Virus record (IMG/VR): IMGVR_UViG_2563366943_000008
Location: 1-23,803 of that record
DNA length: 23,803 nt
DNA from: a virus
Taxonomy: Duplodnaviria > Heunggongvirae > Uroviricota > Caudoviricetes
Strand: one strand, 5' to 3'
In this document: in pieces, positions 16,271 to 23,803 of the stretch
Layout: every line of letters begins with the position of its first letter
How positions within the stretch are numbered: position 1 is the stretch's first letter
Translations under genes and position numbers: made by a program
Notes under the pieces: generated by a model
Seen by the model: only the letters and a program-made list of their open reading frames with translations
What the model was told of the DNA's origin: nothing
The model's database searches: none

Positions 16271-16491
16271 ATAGGGGTGATTATTTTTCCTTTATTGGTT
16301 CGATATTAAAAATTCTTCCTGTCATTAAAGGGGAGTAAAATCTCCGCTCCCCGCTTCTTCTCCTCCTTAAGTAAATACTGTGCCATTATACCTCTTTGTT
16401 ATGCATACATCTTGGAGTATGCATAACATAGGGTAATTACATAGGTATGAGTTAATAAAAGGCGGCTTTAAATGCTGCCTTTTATTTTGCC
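16271..16491 (+). ncRNA. candidate small RNA or structured 5' leader (about 220 nt)
   Basis: Lies between the promoter at 16236-16264 and a hairpin plus T-tract at 16457-16488 (AAAAGGCGGC-TTTAAAT-GCTGCCTTTT-ATTTTG). No ORF longer than about 11 codons on this strand. Contains hairpin GGGGAG-N11-CTCCCC (16330-16352), pyrimidine tract CTTCTTCTCCTCCTTA (16355-16369), and inverted repeat TTATGCATA / TATGCATAA (16399-16426). Confidence 0.3.
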
Positions 16492-16550
16492 CGTTATACA
16501 ACTTAAAAGTTGTATTTCTTACTTTAAACAAGGTAACAAGGTTTATATAA

Positions 16551-16763
16551 ATGTTGCTCTTAAATGATAAAGAGCAAATCATCAAGTATAAAGATGAAAT
16601 GCTGAAAATTAATCCACAAATTACCGAAATGGTAGCTAAATACGCTGGGTGTTCTGTCGAGGAAGTAGAAAGATGTGTTGAAAAATATTTTTCTCCTTCT
16701 TCTCCGTCTACACCTTCCCTTAATGAATTAATCAAATTAAAAGCTAAGGAGATTACTAAATGA
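16551..16763 (+). CDS. hypothetical small protein (70 aa)
   Basis: ATG at 16551; stop overlaps the start of the next gene (ATGA). Weak Shine-Dalgarno. Confidence 0.4.
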   Translation: MLLLNDKEQIIKYKDEMLKINPQITEMVAKYAGCSVEEVERCVEKYFSPSSPSTPSLNELIKLKAKEITK

Positions 16764-17122
16764 TTATTGATTTAGACACTCTGTTTCCAGTTCGAAAGAC
16801 TTTCACGGATATTGTAAGTTATTGTACTGATCCGTTTGCCTCTGTAGAAAGCAAGGTTTTTGCTTCTCTTCCTGCTGATGTTGAGTGCGGCGACTTGATC
16901 ACCAGCACTGGCGCTAAATATGAATCAGGAGATGATATTTATGTTGTTATGAGTGAATTTGTAACGGCTGGAGAAAACAAGCCTGTAGATGTGCTACGTA
17001 GCAATGCTGGGCTTGTATGCATCAAAGCTGATGCGCTGAATGCTGTAAGTGAAGCAGCAAAAACAGCATTAATTAAAAAAGGCTTTCAGCTTGAAGGGTT
17101 CCATTCTGTTTTCACTTCTTAA
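16760..17122 (+). CDS. hypothetical protein, 120 aa (position and size compatible with a head-decoration or scaffold-like protein)
   Basis: AAGGAG Shine-Dalgarno 9 nt upstream. Immediately precedes the capsid-like gene, as gpD precedes gpE in lambda. No direct sequence support. Confidence 0.45.
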   Translation: MIIDLDTLFPVRKTFTDIVSYCTDPFASVESKVFASLPADVECGDLITSTGAKYESGDDIYVVMSEFVTAGENKPVDVLRSNAGLVCIKADALNAVSEAAKTALIKKGFQLEGFHSVFTS

Positions 17123-17140
17123 TAAAAGGAATAATAATAA

Positions 17141-18169
17141 ATGATTCTAGGTAATGATTACGTTGATTTAGCTCCTCTGTTCTCTGCGCATAGCACTAGA
17201 AATTATCTACTTTCTACTCTCGACTTCACTGATCCGGTGGGCGTTAGTTCTCATAAAGTAGCTGTTTCCCAGCTTGTCGAAAGCAACGAATCTCTCTTTA
17301 ACAAAGAGACAAGCCGTTTTAGTTCTGAACACAATGTTACTAAGCGAGAACAAGGTAAAGAATGGCTGATCGAAATCCCTTACTTCCTGCGTGAAGATGT
17401 GATCCGTCCTTCTGATGTTCAAGGCAAGCGTAAGCCTGGCACTGATTTTCAGGAAACACTCACTGATATTTATGCTGACTATGTTGCTAAACACCACGTA
17501 GCGTATCAGCGTACAAAAGAGAGCGTGCTGGCTGCATCTCTGTTTAGCGGTAAAACTTACACGCCTAAAACTGATGATGTTCTTATCGAGTGGAGCAAGC
17601 TGTTTAACGTATCAGCTATGAAAGCCACTGTGAACGCTTCCAGCACTGACACCACGAAGATTTTTAAAGAATTTGATCAGATTGCTACTGACATTATCGA
17701 AAAAGCACAGAGTCAGGCGGCGGCTGTAGAGCGAATTGTTGTTTTCTGTAAGCCGGAAGCCTTCTCTGCAATTCGATTCTCTGCTGGTATGGCAAACGCA
17801 TTCCAGTATGTAAGCCCACTGGAAGAGGGGAACGTTGTGTATCAGCGTCGTGACCTGCTGCCAGGGGTGACAGCGTTCACTATTCCAGGAACTAACATTG
17901 ATGTTGTTAAACTGGTAGATCCGCTACACCTGGCACATATGACCGCAGACGCTGTAGCTGTGCCTAAATTCTCTAAGGGTAGCGGAATTTATACCAACAT
18001 CTACGGGGCTGCTTCCAGCACCTTTGAACTGATTAATGCCGCTCCTGCTGAGGTGTATAGCTATAGCTATGAATCTTCTCGTGGTGATGCTGTTAACGTT
18101 GTTACAGAGAATAGCCAGATGGTGGTAAACCACGGTGTAGGCTTCTCCGTTCAAATCACTGTTAAATAA
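17141..18169 (+). CDS. putative major capsid protein (lambda gpE-like / HK97-fold candidate), 342 aa
   Basis: Length close to lambda gpE (341 aa). Local resemblance IVVFCKPEAFSAIRFS versus lambda IIVFDPKGWALFRS as recalled from memory. No signal peptide or enzymatic motif. Followed by a strong intrinsic terminator, consistent with a highly expressed structural gene. Confidence 0.4.
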   Translation: MILGNDYVDLAPLFSAHSTRNYLLSTLDFTDPVGVSSHKVAVSQLVESNESLFNKETSRFSSEHNVTKREQGKEWLIEIPYFLREDVIRPSDVQGKRKPGTDFQETLTDIYADYVAKHHVAYQRTKESVLAASLFSGKTYTPKTDDVLIEWSKLFNVSAMKATVNASSTDTTKIFKEFDQIATDIIEKAQSQAAAVERIVVFCKPEAFSAIRFSAGMANAFQYVSPLEEGNVVYQRRDLLPGVTAFTIPGTNIDVVKLVDPLHLAHMTADAVAVPKFSKGSGIYTNIYGAASSTFELINAAPAEVYSYSYESSRGDAVNVVTENSQMVVNHGVGFSVQITVK

Positions 18170-18187
18170 TATTTTAACGTGTAATAG

Positions 18188-18224
18188 AGGCGTGGCGTGA
18201 ATAACACGCTTCGCCTTTTTTTAT
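18188..18224 (+). terminator. rho-independent terminator
   Basis: AGGCGTGGCGTG-AATAA-CACGCTTCGCCT stem-loop (10 of 12 stem positions pair) followed by TTTTTTTATTTATTTTT. Confidence 0.75.
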
Positions 18225-18255
18225 TTATTTTTAAATTTTGAGAGGTGATTAAAAT

Positions 18256-18459
18256 ATGGAAGTGATTTTGAAATCAAAAAATGGTGTACACGTACATTTA
18301 GATGCTAATGATTCTAGAGGATTGTTAAATCTGAAATATCTCTGTTCTCTTTTAGATGTTCCCTATGAAGGAGTAAAAGCCCGTATGTTCAGATTAAACG
18401 AGAGTATTGATCAGGCTCTACACCATTTCTTAAGCAAAGAAGGTGGTAAAAATGATTAA
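18256..18459 (+). CDS. hypothetical small protein (67 aa)
   Basis: ATG with GAGAGGTGA Shine-Dalgarno-like sequence; lies between the terminator and the next gene. Confidence 0.4.
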   Translation: MEVILKSKNGVHVHLDANDSRGLLNLKYLCSLLDVPYEGVKARMFRLNESIDQALHHFLSKEGGKND

Positions 18460-19378
18460 TAAGGGGATTTTAAATGTTAGAAATTAACACTTCTAAAATT
18501 AAGAACACAGTAACATTTAGTGTAGATAAAGACAGCTTGAAAAAAGCGAAAGACTCTATTACAGGCTTAAAGGAATTTGCAGAGAATATCAAGCCAGCTA
18601 AGTTAAGGTTTGATAATGTCACTAAAGGCTATAAGAAAGCACAAAGTGAAGTAGACAAGATTGCTCAACAGAAAGCTAAAGCCGAAAAACAGAATCAAAG
18701 AGTACAAGCTGCCGCAGCAAGAGCACAGGCAAGGCAACAGCAACAAATAGCAGCACGTAAAGAGAAAGCAGAATTAAAACTCCTCGATGTGTCAAGCTCT
18801 ATCAGTGCAATGCACCGTCTCTCTGTAGCTGAACAATACAAAGCTATTGCACAGGCTAGAGAAATTGCCCTCCAATATGAAAGAGGCGCTATTAGTCTGG
18901 CACGTATGAATAGCCAGATGAAACGCTTACAACAGCAACAACGTAAGATTAATGGCAACAGAAAAGCACAATTAGCCCCCGTTAAGGGAGGATCAGGGAA
19001 TTCCGCCACTATGGGCGCTCTGTTATTTGGAGGCGCTACGGCTGCTGCTGGCGTGATGGCTGTTAGTAAAGCGTCGGAGTTTGTTAGTAGCAGTTTCGCT
19101 AACGCAGAGACCCAAGGGGAGCTAATCCAACGTGCAAGGCTTGGCGGTGTAGACGTTAACCAGATGTATAATATTACAGAATGGGCGTATAGAAACGGCG
19201 TTGACTCTATGATGGGTGATCAAGGGGCTAGGAAATACCTGGATCAGATGAAAGATGTTAGGGAACGTGCCGCAAAATCCTACAGTGAAGCTGAATTGGT
19301 GAAAGACAAGAAAACCGGAAAATCTGAATGGAAAGGCGGTGATAATGCTATTAATGAACTTCTAAACTGGATTTGCCC

Positions 19379-20284
19379 CTATATTTCCAGACATCTGTTA
19401 TCACTTAACCCATTACAAGCCCGCTGCCGCAGATATTCCCGTGGCGAGCGATAACCCAGCGCACTATGCGGATGCCATTCGTTATAATGCTCGAACGCCT
19501 CTGCAAGGTTCTTTGCTGCCGTTAACCCGTCTGGTTTGGGCATGATACTGATGTAGTCACGCTTTATCGTTTTCACGAAGCTCTCTGCTATTCCGTTACT
19601 CTCCGGACTCCGCACCGCCGTGTTCTTCGGTTCAAGTCCCAACATCCGGGCGAACTGGCGTGTTTCATTAGCCCGGTAGCATGAACCATTATCCGTCAGC
19701 CACTCCACTGGAGACGACGGAAGATCGTTGCCGAAGCGGCGTTCCACCGCTCCCAGCATGACGTCCTGTACTGTTTCACTGTTGAAGCCGCCGGTAGTGA
19801 CCGCCCAGTGCAGTGCCTCACGATCACTGCAGTCCAGCGCGAACGTGACACGCAGTCTCTCTCCGTTATCACAGCAGAACTCGAACCCGTCAGAGCACCA
19901 TCGCTGATTGCTTTCTTTCACGGCCACTCTGCCTGTATGTGCCCGTTTCGATGGCGGTACAGCAGGTTTTCGCTCAAGCAACAGCGCATTCTGGCGCATG
20001 ATCCGGTAAACACGTTTGGCATTGATCGCAGGCATACCATCAAGTTCTGCCTGTCTGCGAAGCAGCGCCCATACCCGACGATAACCATACGTGGGCAGCT
20101 CTCCGATAACATGGTGTATACGGAGAAGCACATCCGTATCATCAGTGTGACGACTGCGGCGGCCATCCATCCAGTCATCGGTTCGTCTGAGAATGACGTG
20201 CAACTGCGCACGCGACACCCGGAGACAACGGCTGACTAAGCTTACTCCCCATCCCCGGGCAATAAGGGCGCGTGCGCTATCCAC
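19379..20284 (-). CDS. insD: IS2 OrfB (InsD) transposase catalytic (DDE) domain; expressed as OrfAB by frameshift
   Basis: 301-aa ORF overlapping insC; sequence matches IS2 InsD. Confidence 0.88.
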
Positions 20285-20607
20285 TTTTTTGCCCGTCCAT
20301 ATTCAACGGCTTCTTTGAGGAGTTCATTTTCCATCGTTTTCTTGCCGAGCAGGCGCTGGAGTTCTTTAATCTGCTTCATGGCGGCAGCAAGTTCAGAGGC
20401 AGGAACAACCTGTTCTCCGGCGGCGACAGCAGTAAGACTTCCTTCCTGGTATTGCTTACGCCAGAGAAATAACTGGCTGGCTGCTACACCATGTTGCCGG
20501 GCAACGAGGGAGACCGTCATCCCCGGTTCAAAGCTCTGCTGAACAATTGCGATCTTTTCCTGTGTGGTACGCCGTCTGCGTTTCTCCGGTCCTAAGACAT
20601 CAATCAT
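20242..20607 (-). CDS. insC: IS2 OrfA (InsC) transposase N-terminal / regulatory protein
   Basis: 121-aa product [53 protein letters not shown] matches IS2 InsC (HTH). Confidence 0.9.
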
Positions 20608-21673
20608 CTGCTCTCCAATGACTAGTCTAAAAACTAGTATTAAGACTATCACTTAAATAAGTGATACTGGTTGTCTGGAGATTCAGGGGGCCAGTCTATA
20701 AACATCGGTGTTATTAACAAAAGCGACCTTAAAAAATTTGCTGATAATCCGGCTGGATTAATTTCTAAGGCTGTTAATGGAATGATGAAAAAAGGGTTTT
20801 CAGACTCCCAAATTGGACAACGTTTAGAAGACCTGGGCGATGATTTGATGCTTACGTCAAAATATTGGCAACGTTCCGTTAAAGATGTACAAGAAAGTAT
20901 TAATCAGCAAAAAGCCTCTGGAAAATGGCTAACAGAAACACAGCAAGACTCTATTGTTAAATTCAGAGAACTAAACAGACAGCTTTCACAGCTTTCTGAT
21001 GCAAGACAAGTAGCATTCGTAGACGGCTTTATGAAATCTCTCGATCCAAAAGTAACGGAAGAGTTTATGAAAAACCTTTCTAATCTCACTCCGTATTTTA
21101 CGAAGCTGGGAGAAGCTACAGGAAGTCTCTTTGAAGCTATTATGAAGATTGTAAACTGGTTTAATCGTAATGATGATAAGACAGATGCTATTCAGAAAAA
21201 TATGGGTGATGCACCGCCATTAAGCAATGAAGGGATGAAACAGAATCTTTCTAATCTCGTTCCTAATCAATATAAAGGCGCTGGCACTGCAACAACTACA
21301 CCTGATAATAGTCATTCTCTCTTTAACACAATTAAGGGATTGCTTTTCGATGATAATTCTTCTGTGTCAGATGTAAAAATGTCAGTCAATGAAGCACCGA
21401 TAACCAATCTCAAACAGGGTGCTTTAAATAATCTTGCAATGACAACTCCAGCTTATAATTTATCTCCTGTGTTTAATCTGAATCCTACATTTGAAGTGGT
21501 AACAGAAGTGCCGCTAACTATCGAATCAGACACCGGACGATTGAGCGATTATGTGGATTTTACAGCGAGAGCAAGTCGGGATAGCTTCTTGAAATCATTA
21601 ACATTAACCAGCTTATCAGGACAATCCAACGGCGGGTAATTCCCGCCATAACATTACAAGGAAAATTATTATT

Positions 21674-22387
21674 ATGGCGACCGCCGGGATTTTAACCATA
21701 CGTGCAGCAAATACTCCAGAACAACACGTTCAGGCTGTTTACAAAGCAGAACAAGATATAAATTCTACAAAAAACGAAAATAGCAAAGCTAATAAAACAA
21801 AAGGAGAGAACGGATTTGCTATTGTTACCAGTGGCTTGGCATCTTCTGGTAATGACGTTTATGAAAATTATATGGCACTGGCCTTTGATAGTGTTGACGA
21901 TGTGAACGTGAGACGTTCGGCAGATGTCACAAGCTACCCCGTAGAAAATGGTGCTACTGTGTCTGATCACGTTCAAATTAAAAACAATAAGTTCTCTCTT
22001 AAAGGGCGTATCACTGAAACACCGATTAAAAGCGATCCTGGCTTGTTAAAGAGTGCAGGGGTGAACGGGAACAGAAGATCATTAGCTATAGACTACTTGA
22101 ATCAGATTATGGACAGTAGACAGCCTTTTCTTCTTGTTACAGAAAATAAAACTTTTGAGAACGTTGTTTTAACAGGCATCGAATACACAGAAGAGGCAAG
22201 CGAATCCCTGGTATTTGATCTTAGCTTTGAACAAATAAGATTAGTTTCTTATGGTACTGTAAACACTGTAGCTATCAAAACACAGCCATCTAAGAACATC
22301 GGGGCGAATATGAAAAAACGTGTTAACACTGAAAAATCAAGTAGTGAAGGTGAAGACACTATTACTCCTGCCTTTAAACAGGAATAG
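21674..22387 (+). CDS. hypothetical protein (237 aa), predicted beta-rich
   Basis: ATG with AAGGA upstream; last gene of the rightward array. No recognisable motif. Confidence 0.45.
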   Translation: MATAGILTIRAANTPEQHVQAVYKAEQDINSTKNENSKANKTKGENGFAIVTSGLASSGNDVYENYMALAFDSVDDVNVRRSADVTSYPVENGATVSDHVQIKNNKFSLKGRITETPIKSDPGLLKSAGVNGNRRSLAIDYLNQIMDSRQPFLLVTENKTFENVVLTGIEYTEEASESLVFDLSFEQIRLVSYGTVNTVAIKTQPSKNIGANMKKRVNTEKSSSEGEDTITPAFKQE

Positions 22388-22428
22388 CCGTAAATGCCTC
22401 TAAAACGCTCTGTAACGATGTAATTATA

Positions 22429-22461
22429 AAAGAGGCTACCAATCTATGTTGAAGCCTCTTT
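22429..22461. terminator. bidirectional hairpin between convergent genes
   Basis: AAAGAGGCT-N15-AGCCTCTTT, a perfect 9-bp stem, located 8 nt beyond the integrase stop and about 40 nt beyond the 237-aa gene stop. Confidence 0.5.
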
Positions 22462-22468
22462 ATTGCGT

Positions 22469-23803
22469 CTATGGCGTTGTTTTGCGCATTAAATTTGATT
22501 TTTTATTGATTGATAAGCCTTTCTCTATTTCAGGGTAGCGTAGAAGCTCAATATAGTTTTTAAGCTCTACTGGAGAAGCTGCATTCTTGCTATATGTGCG
22601 GAATGTCTCTGTATTGCCGCGTGTATGGCCCAGGAGAAGGGCGATCCTGTCTTCTGGAATTTGATTTCGATCAAGAAGCTGTGCTACTCCGTGTCTCAGA
22701 GAATGAAACACCTTCCTTTCTGTTCCCTTTTCCCCTAAAGCCTTTCGTTTAGCTCTTGTAAATCTCTGCGTGTGCCACGTGGAACGTTTACCATCAGCAC
22801 GCTCTGTAATGCTGGCGTGATAGAACAAAAAGCCATTATGAGGCTTTTCACGCAGCGACAACACCAACGGAGTGATAAGGCTATGCACAGGCACAAGACG
22901 TGCCGCAGCTTTCGTTTTTCCCTGTGTGATTTCAAAACACAGCACACCTTCGATCTCTTTCACATCGTCTATTGTGAGACTTGCTATCTCATTGATCCGC
23001 ATACCTGTATAAGCACCGATAAGACACAAAGCCATCATTTCTTTGTTTTCTGCTGAATCACCGGAAAATACTTGCAACACCTGCAATAGCTCTTTGTTAG
23101 AAAATGCCTCGTAGCTCTCTCTACTTTGTGCCACATCAAGCCTATGCCCTCGCCAGGGGGAGAGCGCCCTTTCTGGCGCATCGTGGTAACGTGATGAAGC
23201 TAACTCCCATAGCTGGGCCATTGGGCTGATATAATTTGCAATTGATTGTTGTGAAAGGGTTTTTTGCATGTGTTCTATCCAGCCTGTAACAGTGGTGCGG
23301 CTTACATCTTGCAATGCAATATCAGGCTTTTTACGGTAGGAGAGAAACATCTCTACCGCTTTTCTTGCCTTAGCTAAAGTGGCTGGCTTCTTCTTCGTGC
23401 TGTTAATTGTCAGGTAGATTTCAAGAATTTTAAGCAATGACGGACACGAAGACGCTGTATCTTGCATTCTGGTAGCTGTTTTGGCGTATTTAGCCTTACT
23501 GCGTAACAGTTCCAGCGTGTTCTCTATTGTGCTGTTTACAGGGGCGACACTCTCCCGTAGACAATGGTATTCATCTGCAATCTGATCACGCTTTCTACGT
23601 GCAACACGAAGACTACTTGTGTGCAGACTTCTGACAAACGTCCTTTTTCCTTCAAAAAAGGGCTGCATATACACAGGCAACGTGATCCTCAAATAGTAGT
23701 TACCGTAAGAATCACAGATTATGTATTGATTGGGCTTGTATCTCATAAACTCCCCGGCTAAAGTGTCGGAGCGTTTGTAATGTGAAAATTGATTGTAACG
23801 CAT
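22469..23803 (-). CDS. tyrosine integrase / site-specific recombinase (second, distinct family), 444 aa
   Basis: Start ATG at 23801-23803 (window edge). C-terminal catalytic motifs GMRINE, HSLRHGVAQLL, LLGHT and a downstream Tyr typical of tyrosine recombinases. Clearly different sequence from the first integrase. Confidence 0.85.
   Translation of the reverse strand: MRYNQFSHYKRSDTLAGEFMRYKPNQYIICDSYGNYYLRITLPVYMQPFFEGKRTFVRSLHTSSLRVARRKRDQIADEYHCLRESVAPVNSTIENTLELLRSKAKYAKTATRMQDTASSCPSLLKILEIYLTINSTKKKPATLAKARKAVEMFLSYRKKPDIALQDVSRTTVTGWIEHMQKTLSQQSIANYISPMAQLWELASSRYHDAPERALSPWRGHRLDVAQSRESYEAFSNKELLQVLQVFSGDSAENKEMMALCLIGAYTGMRINEIASLTIDDVKEIEGVLCFEITQGKTKAAARLVPVHSLITPLVLSLREKPHNGFLFYHASITERADGKRSTWHTQRFTRAKRKALGEKGTERKVFHSLRHGVAQLLDRNQIPEDRIALLLGHTRGNTETFRTYSKNAASPVELKNYIELLRYPEIEKGLSINKKSNLMRKTTP

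Larger units (their letters stand above)
19368..20698 (-). mobile_element. IS2 insertion sequence (IS3 family), 1331 bp, complete
   Basis: Terminal sequences TGGATTTGCCCCTATATTTCCAGACATCTGTTATC (19368 onward) and reverse-complement TAGACTGGCCCCCTGAATCTCCAGACAACC (ending 20698) match IS2 ends. Flanked by a perfect 5-bp target duplication TAAAC (19363-19367 and 20699-20703). Confidence 0.93.
18474..21639 (+). pseudogene. IS2-interrupted gene for a 609-aa coiled-coil / Gly-Ala-rich protein (tape-measure-like architecture)
   Basis: N-terminal part 18474-19367 and C-terminal part 20704-21639 join in frame once IS2 (1331 bp) and one 5-bp duplication copy are removed. N-terminus is Gln/Ala/Lys-rich coiled-coil followed by GALLFGGATAAAGVMAV. 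Confidence 0.7.

Noticed and set aside
16367-16735. 122-aa minus-strand ORF across the 16.3-16.7 kb intergenic region
   Set aside because: Runs antisense through the promoter, hairpins and the 70-aa gene with no translation signals; the region is better explained as a leader or small RNA plus gene.
17207-18154. Antisense ORFs within the capsid-like gene (17207-17497, 17924-18154)
   Set aside because: Nested antisense ORFs without support.
18695-19009. 104-aa minus-strand ORF in the coiled-coil region of the 609-aa gene
   Set aside because: Artefact of the repetitive GCN/CAG codon composition of the sense strand.
19808-21089. ORFs inside or across IS2 and its junction (19808-20239, 19918-20211, 20272-20472, 20315-20542, 20904-21089)
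   Set aside because: Antisense to the IS2 transposase genes or to the interrupted gene; not known IS2 products.
21692-23761. Antisense ORFs overlapping the 237-aa gene and the second integrase (21692-21976, 22735-22947, 22772-23056, 23564-23761)
   Set aside because: Overlap better-supported genes and have no independent evidence.

Overview
The window covers the proA - tRNA-Thr (thrW-type) chromosomal locus of an Escherichia/Shigella-like enterobacterium, followed by horizontally acquired DNA that appears to be at least two different integrative elements in tandem. Module 1 (about 1445-10582) begins at the 3' end of the tRNA with a P4/IntA-type tyrosine integrase and its flanking repeat motifs. 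It carries an IS1 copy without a target-site duplication, a 701-aa helical protein that starts right at the IS1 end, a convergent AT-rich 4-TM membrane protein, a small regulator module with phased iterons, and a degenerate copy of the tRNA 3' end (10563-10582) that looks like attR. Module 2 (about 10583 to beyond 23803) is visibly more AT-rich. It has a roughly 2.9 kb region with no convincing long ORF, containing direct and inverted iterons, an AT-rich tract and a GC-rich structured patch (origin-like, possibly with a structured RNA). This is followed by a rightward array of small genes with strong Shine-Dalgarno sites (ribbon-helix-helix and winged-helix proteins), an intergenic promoter plus candidate small RNA, a capsid-like gene pair ending in a strong terminator, a 609-aa coiled-coil gene split by an IS2 with a perfect 5-bp duplication, and a second, different tyrosine integrase at the right edge. 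Module 2 lacks recognisable terminase, portal or tail genes and is the best candidate here for an undescribed satellite-like or defence-related element. All product calls beyond proA, the tRNA, the integrases and IS1/IS2 rest on motif recognition and recall without database searches, and are provisional. No CRISPR array or rRNA was seen.
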